Position numbers and translations under genes: made by a program. The notes beneath the pieces were generated by a model. That model saw only the letters and a list, made by a program, of their open reading frames with translations, had not been told where the DNA came from and searched no databases. This document shows, one piece after another, positions 9,878 through 19,984 of a stretch of DNA of 64,000 bases. The DNA is from Gammaproteobacteria bacterium (GTDB taxonomy: Bacteria > Pseudomonadota > Gammaproteobacteria > Ga0077536). Numbering within the stretch: the first letter of the stretch is position 1; each line of letters begins with the position of its first letter. The stretch is taken from NCBI GenBank assembly GCA_963662545.2, contig CAXXLL010000002.1, positions 1 to 64,000 of the forward strand, given 5' to 3'.

Positions 9878-10347
9878 GCTAAGCTCTCGACAACCCACGT
9901 GATCGCGGAAAGTCCCGCTTATTCGCCCAGCACCGGGAGCTACCCAGCGCTGCATTGAACAGCTGTTGTATTCAGCGGGTGGCCCGACAGGGCGGACCAC
10001 ATGAGTTGTCACGGTGGGCGGTGTGCTATAGCGACGTTGAGATCGTCAATCGTATATAGGTGTTGACGAATAAACGACAACGGCTATGGGTGCTTAGTGG
10101 TCACTTTGTCAACGGTGACGCAAAAGGTTGGCAGCCGCGAGTGTGTCAACCGGCTTTGAAGGTCGCTTCTTCATGCTGAGCAATATTGCCCTCGTTTTCC
10201 GCTGGAGGTGGGCCCACCGGAGCAATCGGGCCGCAGGTGCGTTGCTGTTTGTTACGGTCTTGGTGACTCTTTGCGCTTTAGCGGTTTGCGGTTGGAACCG
10301 CTCTTGTGGCGCCGTTTGTTTGCCTTGGCTCAGGCGCCTGAACGCGG

Positions 10348-10884
10348 TCAGTCGGACTCGACCTCGACGAGCTCGTAGACATCCGGGTGGTTCTGGGCCA
10401 TGCGTCGTGCCTTGTCTATGTCGGCGAGCGGCTGGATGTCACCGGGGCCGTGCCATATGAGGCCGGTCCCATACAATCCATCAGCGTACCAGGACCGCCG
10501 ACCAAGGTAGCGGATCGCCACCGCAGGCTGGGTCGACACCGGCTCGGCAGGGGCCGGGGCCGGCACACCGTTGACCGCACCGCACAACGGACAGTGCCTA
10601 GACGTCGAGGCCACCACGCGATACATCCACGGACCTTGAAAGCCGCGACGCCGTTTCTCGATGTCTCCGGTTTGCTGTAACCATCGGCGCGCCTTGTTCA
10701 GCGCGGTACGGCTCACACCGGTCTTCGAACGCGCCACCTCAATCGCGCGCGCCGACACCCAGCCGGCGGCGTCCAAGCAGCTGCCCGCCTCCAAGTGCGA
10801 CAGCAGCCACGCGCTCGCGCGTTCCACCGCGGTGCGTGTGCCCCCCCGATTTGACAGGGCCATCATCTCACCACGCTTCATCAA
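10348..10884 (-). CDS. Hypothetical mobile-element protein (HTH-like N-half, CPLC, separate C-terminal domain)
   Basis: 178-aa ORF with GGAGG upstream; GVSRTALNKARRWL..GFQGPW HTH-like segment and a Pro/Ala linker. Confidence 0.65.
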   Translation of the reverse strand: MMKRGEMMALSNRGGTRTAVERASAWLLSHLEAGSCLDAAGWVSARAIEVARSKTGVSRTALNKARRWLQQTGDIEKRRRGFQGPWMYRVVASTSRHCPLCGAVNGVPAPAPAEPVSTQPAVAIRYLGRRSWYADGLYGTGLIWHGPGDIQPLADIDKARRMAQNHPDVYELVEVESD

Positions 10885-11842
10885 TGTTCCTCCAATGATG
10901 TTCGTTCAGGCATGGGTTCACGTGTCTCTCCACCACCGCTCCGCGCGCGCGACGATACTAGGCCCACGAAACCACACGGCGGGTTGTGCTGGCAAGTCTC
11001 TGCGCTGGTGACATCATTCTCCGTCTCCAATCGGCGTCGTACACCTGTATCGAAGGGCCCTCGTTCAAGGCGGACTGCTGGTGAGTGGAGGATCACGAAC
11101 CGGCAATCATAGGGCAACACTCCGGGGCATTGCGCCTGCACACCACCGTCTGCCGAGCGCTTCGCACGCCGGTCGCGCGGGACCTTTGCCGGCCGCATCG
11201 ACCAGGTTCGGAGCCCAGTGCGAGCCTCGGCCAGGGTTCTACGTGTGTGCCCAGACATCGTGGAGAAGTCGGAATGAGCTGGCACGACACCCTGGGGGTG
11301 GCTCAACCACCGGGCTTTCTCTGCGCACGATTCGCAGAACTCGGTTGAACTAAGCAATTGTGCGGATATTGCGGATTCTGCGTCTAGGGAGCGCAAAATG
11401 GACGAACTTCGTCTGCACAATGGTTCGGATCGCTCGAGCATTGGAGCGAAACGGAAGCGCGACACGGACGCCCTTCGACGTTTGATTCTAACGCCCCACG
11501 CATCGTTGATGCGGGTTGGCTATGGCTGTCCATTGTTCGTGATACGTTGCGTTGGGCCATGATCACGCGCATGGGAACGCCCTTCCGTCGTGCCGGAAAA
11601 AAGTTGCCGCCTCTCGGTGGCACAGACGGTCACGCCACGCAATGACCACCTCTCTCCGACGGCCGCGTCATTCGTTGTTGACACGGTTTGAGTTACGCCG
11701 TCTTTGTGACCCGAACGGCGTCAATGTTGCGCTGGAGGAATACGATCACACAGCTGGAACTCAGGCGAGCAGAGCAAAAAGGCGAAGTGCTCTCCTGATT
11801 AAAGCGCCGCGGTTCTGGATACCGAAGATAAACCGGTGTGTC

Positions 11843-13060
11843 TCATGAGGGTCTGTTGAGAGGAAGGATCTCCGCGCCCGCTTTCAGCTTATCGAGGTAA
11901 TCCGCCCAATCCTGCATCATCTTCCGCCGCTCGGGCAGATGTGCGGTGCGGTTGTAGGCACGGCCGAGCGGATCCCGCACTGCATGTGCCAACTGGTGCT
12001 CGATCAGATGCGGCGGAAACCCGAGCACCTCGTCCAAGATGGTGCGGGCAGCGGCCCGAAACCCGTGAACGCTCATCTCCTCCTTGCCGATTCCCATTCG
12101 ACGCAACGCGGCCAGCACGGCGTTATCGCTCATCGGGCGGTCGCCCTTCGGGTTCCGTGCACTAGGAAAGACGTACCGCCCCCGGCTAGTGACGGGTTTC
12201 AACTCAGCCAAGATAGCTACAGACTGCTTGGACAGGGGCACAATATGCTTCGTGTCGGTCTTGGTGACGGTATACCGCCATTCTGCCATCTCCAGATCGA
12301 TGTCGGCCCACTGGGCATGGCGCAGCTCGCCAGGGCGCACGAACACGAGAGGGGCTAGCCTGAGAGCGCACCGGACTACGAGGGTGCCTTCGTAGCTGTC
12401 CAACGCCCGGAGAATGCCAGCGAGCTTCTCGGGTTCCGTGACGGCCGCGAAGTGCTCCCCCTTTACGGGTGGCAAGGCACCACGCAGATCGCCCGACGGG
12501 TCCCGCTCGGCCCGTCCGGTGGCCACCGCATAGCGAAAGACCTGGCCGCAGTTCTGCAGGGTACGGTGTGCGGTCTCGAGGGCACCCCGCTGCTCGATGC
12601 GGCGGACGACGTCCAGTAGCTTTGGCGCGGTGACTTCCGCAATCGGACTGCCGCCGATCCAAGGGAAGATGTCACGCTCAAGGCGTCGGATGATTCGGTC
12701 CGCATGGCTCGGCACCCAGTTCGTGCCGCGCTTCTTGAACCACTCCCGGGCAATCACCTCGAAGCTGTTCGCGCCGCTCTCACGAGCTGCGGCCTTTTCG
12801 GCCTTCCGATGCTCGCTCGGGTCTACCTGGTTCGCGAGAAGCTTTCGTGCCGCCTCGCGTCGCTGGCGGGCGTCCTTGAGCGTCACTTCGGGATAGACCC
12901 CGAGCGAGAGCCGCTTCTCCTTGCCCCCGAATCGGTACTTCAGCCGCCACCACTTGCCCCCTTTTGGCGAAACCTCAAGGTAGAGGCCGCCACCGTCGAA
13001 TAGCCTTTTGGGCTTGTCAGCGGGCTTCGCGGTACGGATCTTGGTGTCGGTGAGGGGCAT
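11843..13060 (-). CDS. P4-like tyrosine integrase with arm-binding N-domain
   Basis: MPLTDTKIR..DGGGLYLEV..WRLKYRF; catalytic RPGEL, HGFR, LAH and AYNR motifs. Confidence 0.96.
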   Translation of the reverse strand: MPLTDTKIRTAKPADKPKRLFDGGGLYLEVSPKGGKWWRLKYRFGGKEKRLSLGVYPEVTLKDARQRREAARKLLANQVDPSEHRKAEKAAARESGANSFEVIAREWFKKRGTNWVPSHADRIIRRLERDIFPWIGGSPIAEVTAPKLLDVVRRIEQRGALETAHRTLQNCGQVFRYAVATGRAERDPSGDLRGALPPVKGEHFAAVTEPEKLAGILRALDSYEGTLVVRCALRLAPLVFVRPGELRHAQWADIDLEMAEWRYTVTKTDTKHIVPLSKQSVAILAELKPVTSRGRYVFPSARNPKGDRPMSDNAVLAALRRMGIGKEEMSVHGFRAAARTILDEVLGFPPHLIEHQLAHAVRDPLGRAYNRTAHLPERRKMMQDWADYLDKLKAGAEILPLNRPS

Positions 13061-13093
13061 GTCGGGGGCAACTGCGACAAGTACTTAATGAGT

Positions 13094-13122
13094 AGCCCCT
13101 AATATTGCCCCAATTTGCCCCC
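13094..13122. promoter_or_regulatory. Putative integrase arm-type binding repeats
   Basis: GCCCC repeated three times at 11-12 bp spacing between the integrase start and the tRNA. Confidence 0.5.
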
Positions 13123-13190
13123 GGATTGCAATGGATACTCGTCGACTATCACGGACGCGGATATACGATATTCAACTGATTTTGCAAGTC

Positions 13191-13215
13191 AAAAAAGCCG
13201 TCCTAGGACGGCTTT
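13191..13215 (-). terminator. Intrinsic terminator downstream of the tRNA
   Basis: Perfect palindrome AAAGCCGTCCTAGGACGGCTTT with a T6 tail on the minus strand. Confidence 0.75.
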
Positions 13216-13226
13216 GGATGTTGTTT

Positions 13227-13302
<76 letters not shown>

Positions 13303-13409
13303 ACGTTAATGTTCAGTTTAGCGAGCAAACGAAGATCTATCGAATGGTTCGTCCGATCCCGCGGGGAAAAGCCCGAAGGTGCCCGCATCGCTTTTAATTG
13401 AGACGCCAG

Positions 13410-14030
13410 CTATCGTAAGCCAGTGCCGTCCATGCTTTCGAGCCTGACCACTTCCTCGATCGGGCGCCGGTAACCGCGCGGCGGCTGCTCGCCGTTCAGG
13501 GCCTTGCCCAGCACCACCATCATGACCGGGATGGTGTCCGTCCCCAGCCGCAGCATCTCGGCGACCTTGTCCGCCTCGAATCCGATCATCGGGCCCGTGT
13601 CCCAGCCTAATCCCTTCGCCGCGTACATCATGGACATCGCGGCCATGGACCCTGACCGGATCGCTTCCTCCCGCCGCAGGCGCTCATCATTCTGGTAGAC
13701 GGCCTCGATCATGGGGATGAATTTCTCGCGCGCTGCTTGATCCGCATCGCGGTAGATCCGCGGCGCGTCCGCATGGCTGTCGAGGCGCCCGCATACCAGG
13801 ATCACGGCCGCGGCCTGCTCGACCTGTGCCTGACCGAAGGCCAGAGCGCGCAGCGCTGTTTTGCGCGACTGATCGCGCACCACGACGAATTTCCAATGCT
13901 GCACGTTGAAGGAACTCGGACCGAGTATGACGGTTTCGAAGATCGCCTTCAGATCCGCGTCGGTAATATCGACACCCGGTTCGTATTGACGAACGCTGTG
14001 GCGCGTGGCTGCTAGCTTGAAAAAATCCAC
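13410..14030 (-). CDS. Nitroreductase family protein
   Basis: TRHSVRQY, PSSFNVQHWKFVVV, GWDTGPMIGF. Confidence 0.92.
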   Translation of the reverse strand: MDFFKLAATRHSVRQYEPGVDITDADLKAIFETVILGPSSFNVQHWKFVVVRDQSRKTALRALAFGQAQVEQAAAVILVCGRLDSHADAPRIYRDADQAAREKFIPMIEAVYQNDERLRREEAIRSGSMAAMSMMYAAKGLGWDTGPMIGFEADKVAEMLRLGTDTIPVMMVVLGKALNGEQPPRGYRRPIEEVVRLESMDGTGLR

Positions 14031-14068
14031 AGATGTTTCTTCCCTAATGTCTCATCACCGTGCATGAC

Positions 14069-14497
14069 TCAAGGCTTCCCTGCATCATCAAGTTCGTGAA
14101 TTGCTGCGCTCAACGCTTCCGCCGCTGCCAGACATTCGTTGACGAGCTGCTCATCGAAATCAATATGCCCTTCGTACTCCGCTCGGTTGCGGCGTTCGTG
14201 GCACAGGGCCAATACGCGCCAGATTTCCGGGCCGATCCCAAGCGTATGTGGGATGCATTGGAAAACCGTGTAGCGGTTCTTGGACCGGTAGCCGAGACGG
14301 CGTAGCGCGGCGAGCGACAGCGCATGCGCCGCGTTGTATGCGAGATCGAAACGGCTCTCGATTGAAAGTTCTGTGTTGCGGGCGTCCGCGAGCCGCGCGT
14401 CGGCCGAGCGAACGAGGCTGTTGAATTCATTTAGATCAAACGGTTCGGCCTGAAGGTTGCCCGTTTTGACGAGATTCTCAAGATTACGGGAGGTCAT
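14069..14497 (-). CDS. HEPN-like protein (putative toxin)
   Basis: 142-aa helical protein, AYNAAHALSLAAL and RRNRAEY; overlaps the MNT gene. Confidence 0.7.
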   Translation of the reverse strand: MTSRNLENLVKTGNLQAEPFDLNEFNSLVRSADARLADARNTELSIESRFDLAYNAAHALSLAALRRLGYRSKNRYTVFQCIPHTLGIGPEIWRVLALCHERRNRAEYEGHIDFDEQLVNECLAAAEALSAAIHELDDAGKP

Positions 14498-15089
14498 CTT
14501 CAGTACCGATGAGAAAGATTTTTGGCTGCGCGAGCAGACGTTTCAAGAACGCGCTGTCATCGGCGAGTTTCCGCCGCAACTCTGAGGGACTGTAGAGCGT
14601 CGGGTTAACCGGCCGGCCTAGCCTTGGCTCGACCTCGCCGAGCACGCCCACGGCATCGCCGTAAGAAAGACCTGTCCCGACGATCATGACGTCAATATCG
14701 CTTCGTGCCGTATCGGCGCCTGTGGCGATCGATCCATAAATGAAAGCGTAGTGAACGTCGCCGCCAAGCGTGGCGAGCGCCTCGCGGATGACATCGGCGA
14801 TACCGAAGGTCTTGAGCGCAATGCCTTGGAGTTCGGTAAATATGGGTGACTCGTGATTGGCCTGATAGTGCTTCTGGTTGCCGACCTTGCGTACCGTGAT
14901 GAGTCCTGCCGCCGCGAGTTTGTTCAATTCCCGCTGTACCGTCCCGATGCCGACGCCGGCGAGGCGAACGATCTCGTTGGCGTAGTAGCTGCGCTCGGCG
15001 TTACCGAACAGGAGTCCTAGCACCCGCCGCTGTGTCTTGGAAAAAAGGGCGCTTGCGAGCCCCCCTTGCTGCTGTGGCATCATACCCAT
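14484..15089 (-). CDS. wHTH plus minimal nucleotidyltransferase (putative antitoxin)
   Basis: N-terminal HTH (YANEIVRLAGVGIGTVQREL) and YGSIATGADTARSDIDV (GSX10DXD); likely start ATG 15089. Confidence 0.88.
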   Translation of the reverse strand: MGMMPQQQGGLASALFSKTQRRVLGLLFGNAERSYYANEIVRLAGVGIGTVQRELNKLAAAGLITVRKVGNQKHYQANHESPIFTELQGIALKTFGIADVIREALATLGGDVHYAFIYGSIATGADTARSDIDVMIVGTGLSYGDAVGVLGEVEPRLGRPVNPTLYSPSELRRKLADDSAFLKRLLAQPKIFLIGTEDDLP

Positions 15090-15118
15090 ATTGGGAACGA
15101 TAATACCCAAATTGGGAA
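15082..15118. promoter_or_regulatory. Tandem palindromic operator at the MNT start
   Basis: ATACCCATATTGGGAA (15082-15097) and ATACCCAAATTGGGAA (15103-15118), 21-bp period. Confidence 0.7.
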
Positions 15119-15232
15119 TTATCAAGGTGCTGGTACGTCTGCATCGGCGTGCCGACGTCGTGCGCATCGTGCGGTACGCTTTCTGCGTGTCGAACCTGGA
15201 ACGCAGTTGCTCTTCCGCACCGCCCCTAAAAC

Positions 15233-15365
15233 GATAACAAGGCCACGCGATAGTGACCTTTTATCGTTTGGTGGGGCGGCGGGAAGTGAACCAAAGCCGT
15301 AACTATTTGTTATATAAAATGTAAATATCTCTCGTTCTGTTTTGGTACTACTAACCGTACTACAA
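15233..15365 (-). other. Relic att site: tmRNA/tRNA-like 3' end, hairpin and AT-rich arm
   Basis: Minus strand GGTTCACTTCCCGCCGCCCCACCA (15269-15292) followed by an AAGGTCAC/GTGGCCTT hairpin; GTACTAC repeats at 15345 and 15357. Confidence 0.6.
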
Positions 15366-15698
15366 AAACTAAAAGTCACCCCCTTTTCCTCGCAGATTCG
15401 ATTCCAAAACTGGAATCGAACTCTGGGCCGTCTTGAGTTCCCCCGAATGCGGCCTCGGCAAAAATCGCGCCCACCTTCGTCATCTGCGAAGCGACAATCG
15501 CGCTCTCACCGTGAAATCTTCCACCCGCAGCCCTTTTGCCATTAACGCCACCCTGTTCTCGATGGGCTATGGCGGCCACTTGCGCGCACGGGATAAGATT
15601 CAGTTCATCATCTCGGGGCGTTCGCAATAGCTGTTTAGCGAGCGTTCAAGGAGCAAAAGCCACCAGAAAAAGTGCGCTAACCGGGCCGAACAATAACC

Positions 15699-18158
15699 AT
15701 GAAACTAACCCTCCCCCGCCTCGAAAACCTGCTACTGACAGCTTGCGACGACCTGCGCGGCAGCATGGATGCCAGCGAATACAAGGAATATATCTTTGGC
15801 ATGTTGTTTCTGAAGCGCGCCAGCGACCTGTTTGACCAGCGTCAAGCCGAGTTACGTGCCCAGTTCAAGGCGCAAGGCATGGCCGATGCGGATGTCGAGA
15901 CTGAACTGCAGGACCCGGATCACTACTCCGGCAAATACTTCTTCGTCCCGCCGCGTGCCCGTTGGAGCCAGGGATGGGAAGAGGTCGTGATCGAGGACGG
16001 GCAGCAGAAGACGGTCCAGCGCCCGGCCCTGAAACACGTCAAGGAGAATGTCGGCACCACCTTGAACAAGGCGCTGGAGGCTATTGAGGACGCAAACACG
16101 GACGCCCTGCAAGACGTACTCAAGGGCATCAACTTCAACCGCAAGATCGGCCAGCGCACGCTCGATGACGATACCCTGGCCGACTTCGTGCTGAACTTCG
16201 AGAAGATCCCGCTCAAGGATAGCGACTTCGAGTTTCCCGATCTGCTGGGCGCGGCTTACGAGTGGTTGATTAAATACTTCGCCGATTCCGCAGGGAAAAA
16301 AGCCGGTGAGTTTTATACACCTGCCGAGGTGGTGCGCATTTGCGTAGAAATCTGTAATCCGGACGAAGGCATGGCGGTCTACGACCCTACGGTCGGCTCC
16401 GGCGGCATGTTGATCCAGATGCGTGACTACCTGCGCGAAAAGGGCGGCGACGCCGACGAGCTGGCGCTCTTTGGCCAGGAGAAGATGGGCACCACCTGGT
16501 CCATCTGCAAAATGAATATGCTGCTACACGGGATCTCCCACGCCGACATTCGCCAGGAAGACACCATCCGCGAACCGCAACATCTCGGCGAGGACAACGA
16601 GCTGAAGCGCTTCGACCGTGTGGTGGCCAATCCCCCTTTCAGCCAGAACTACATCAAGAAAGACTTGAAGTTCACCGGTCGTTTCGCCGTGATGTTGCCG
16701 GAGAAGGGCAAAAAGGCCGATCTGATGTTCGTCCAGCACATGCTGGCAGTGCTTAAAGCAGATGGTCGCCTGGCGACGGTGATGCCTCACGGTGTGTTGT
16801 TTCGCGGCGGGGACGAGCGCGAGGCGCGTAAATACTTTGTCGAACACGGTTTCCTGGAGGCCATTATCGGTCTGCCCAGTAACCTCTTTTATGGGACCGG
16901 TATCCCCGCCTGTATTCTGGTTATGAACAAGGCAGGCGCGGGTAACCGCGACCATGTGCTGTTCATCAATGCCGACCGCGAATATCGCGAGGGGAAGGCG
17001 CAGAATTATCTGCGCCCGGAAGACATCGACAAGATCATCTACGCCTACCGCAACGGCGAGGAGATCCCCGCCTACGCACGGCCTGTGCCCAAGGCCGAGA
17101 TCGTGGCCGAAGACTACAACTGCAACATCCGCCGTTATGTGGACAACGCCCCGCCACCCGAACCCCACGATGTGCGCGCCCACCTGCATGGTGGTGTGCC
17201 CAAGCTGGAAGTCAAAAGCCTCACGCACTACTGGCAGAACTATCCTCAGTTGAAAGACGACGCCTTTGTCGAAAGGGACGAAACCTATCTGGACTTCGCC
17301 CCCGTGCTTACCGACAAACGCGACATCGCGGATTTCGTTGCCACGCACCAAAGCGTCGTTACCCGTCAAGAGCAATTCATGCAAACGCTGGAAGCCTGGT
17401 GGCAGGAGAACCTGCCCATCGTCGAGGCGCTGGCACCGGATGCGGACAATCAGCAGGCGAGGCCACGAAACGTTTATGTCATGCGCAGCCAGCTACTTGC
17501 CAGTATCGAACAGGCGCTGGCCGAGCAACACCTGCTTACACCGTTTCAGGTGCGCGGCGCCTTTGCGAATTACGTGGATATGCTGAAGGCGGATTTTAAA
17601 TCCATCGCCGCCAGTAGTTGGGGGCCGGAGCTGATCCCGGACGAAGACATTTTGCAAAGCCAGTTTCCCGAGGTGTTGGAAGAACTGGAACAGACTCAGA
17701 CGCGGCTCGCTGAGCTGCGAGCCTTGTTCGCCGCTGCTAATGAGGAGGACTTTGACGACGCCGACGATACGGGCGTCATGCGCGGCGATGAGGTGAAGAG
17801 CAAAAAGGACGAACTGAAGGATGCGGCCGCCGAGTGGAAGGCACAGATCAAGCAGATCAAAAACCTCGCGGCCGATTTGTTTACCGAGCTCAACGCCGCC
17901 AACTTGCTCCCGGCCGGTAGTAAAAAGGGCGTCTACTGTACGGAAGGCTTCACGGCCAAAGCGCCGCGATTCGCCAACGGCCAGCGGATTCTGGACCTTG
18001 CCTCAGAGGTCGGTCACCGCACTGATTATACCGCCCCGCTGACGGATGCCATGCAACAGGGTCAACTGGCCTTTGAACGTGCCGCGAGTATCGAGATGAG
18101 TCTAGAACATCACCAGGCGTTGAAGGATGAGGTAAAAGCCCTGAAGGGCACTAGCTAG
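15699..18158 (+). pseudogene. hsdM: Type I R-M methyltransferase M subunit, 3'-truncated at an IS
   Basis: [31 protein letters not shown]; the stop codon is made by the target duplication and IS end, and no hsdS/hsdR follows. Confidence 0.88.
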
Positions 18159-19854
18159 TGTCCGTCCATAAACAGGCATTTTCTTCGATGGGCACGGAGA
18201 AATCGAGGTGTTGAAAGTAGGTTGTTGGAGCGGTAGCGGCGGTTCGGTGGGGGTCGAAGGGCTCTTCGAGCGTAATTGTGAGTACGTTCGCCGGCCGCAG
18301 AGCGCTGCAACCCAAAGTCGCCCGTTCGACGATATCGAGGAGGTCAGTTAGTGCGAGTGAACGTCGCTATTCGAGTTGATAGCGCGCGAGCAGGCTGAGG
18401 TTGTAGGCGACCACAGAAGACCACACGTAGGCTTCGAAGTGCGGCAGGCTCTTCCAGGTGCAACGTGCCAATCCGTATGCACGCTTCAGGCAGGAGATAC
18501 CGGCCTCGATGCCGGCGCGGAAGTTGCGCAAGCGTCGATAGACCCACTGACTCTTGACCATGTCGGCGATCGCGAGCCCGCGCTTCTTGTGGAAGGCAAC
18601 GTCTTCGATGCCTTCTGCTTTCGCCGCCCGGAGATTGTCGAGGCTCGCATAGCCGCCATCGGCGGCGACCTGTCGTGGCATCGTCCCGTAGTGTGTTCGA
18701 TGCCGTTCGAGCATCGGCATGAAGCGCTGACTATCGACCGGATTGCCTCGCTCGATGACCACGTCGAGGATGAGGCCACTGCGCCCCGAAGCCAGATTGA
18801 TTTTGTGTCCGTACTGAACGTCGCGCGCACCCTTTATGATGATGTCGGTATGCGGCTCGAACAAGCTCACGCACTTCTCGCTCGCGGGGACCTTCTCACC
18901 GCCGAACACCCGCCGCTCAGTTTGCGAAATCACCTGCAGAACAAGTGTTTCGTAGTGCGCTACCTGCGCTAGCCAGTCCGGCAGTTCAACGCCGGTGACG
19001 CCCGGGCTCAGCAGCTGCTCACGTACCCTCGCTACCGCTTCCAAGGTTGAACGCGTCGCCCCAATCAAATCGCGATACAGACGTTGGCGTTGCTTCGCAC
19101 CACGCGCATACCACAGCGCCCGCGCACGCTTCTTCGCCAATCGAGTGTGGTTCACGAAGCACAACTCCGGCGCGCCAGGCAACTCGCGCGCCTGTGCGAG
19201 CAGACGAACCACAACACGCACGCCATCCCACAGCAGATGACTGTCGCTCGGCGCGTGGATGGCACTGTCCGTTACCGTGCTATCAATCCGTACACGCTGT
19301 GCCGGCTCAATGCGCGTCTCTTTCGCCGTCGCCAGCAGGGCGCGATGAATAGACTCCCACGTCGATACCTGGATCGCCGAGACCACCCGCTGTAAGGCAG
19401 ACTTCTTCGGACGTTCATTACCCGGCAACCGGGCGAAGGCCTGAAAGCTCGCCGAGTCCTGCAGGTGAAAGGCCAGCTCCTCGTAACTCAATTGCCGGTG
19501 CTGCTTGAGCACCGCGCAGCGCAGCACCGACTCCGCCGACAGTCCGCGTCGACCGGTGGGCTTCAAACCCCGCCGACACAGATCGTTCATGACCGGCGTG
19601 AGGACCTTGGGGTGAGCATCGAGCCACTCGGACATGCCCTGCAGCTCTCGCCCCAGGTCATGGTCAGCAAACAGCTCGTATATACTCGCTTGGGCCGTGC
19701 GTTTCTGACGCATTCCCCCTCCTGTGGTGTCGATGATTGTGTGGAAAATCAGAGGTTTGAAGTTCCATTAGATCACGACCCACCGGAGGTTTCGATCCCT
19801 TAAGCGACAAATTTTCCTTTTTATTTCAACCGCATCGCGTTTAGGGATGCACAC
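18158..19854 (-). mobile_element. ISNCY/IS5-like element, copy A (1697 bp)
   Basis: IRs GTGTCCGTCCATAAAC / GTGTGCATCCCTAAAC, TAGCTA on both sides; 448-aa DDE transposase 18367-19713 (RIDST, AADGGY, RAGIEAGIS). Confidence 0.93.
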
Positions 19855-19882
19855 TAGCTAAGAGGTTCAAGCGTTCGCGCCA

Positions 19883-19984
19883 ATGGAAACCGTCATCCGA
19901 ATCGTCTCGGCAATCATCGTCCTGTCCGTGATGACCATCGGCGTGTACAAGCTCGATCTGCGGTGGCGAGGACGGAGCGCATGA
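19883..19984 (+). CDS. Possible 33-aa membrane peptide
   Basis: METVIRIVSAIIVLSVMTIGVYKLDLRWRGRSA; ATGA overlap with the next gene. Confidence 0.35.
   Translation: METVIRIVSAIIVLSVMTIGVYKLDLRWRGRSA

Noticed and set aside
10128-10460. 110-aa plus-strand ORF with a hydrophobic stretch
   Set aside because: TTG start, overlaps the better-supported minus-strand gene and has a low-complexity Arg-rich tail.
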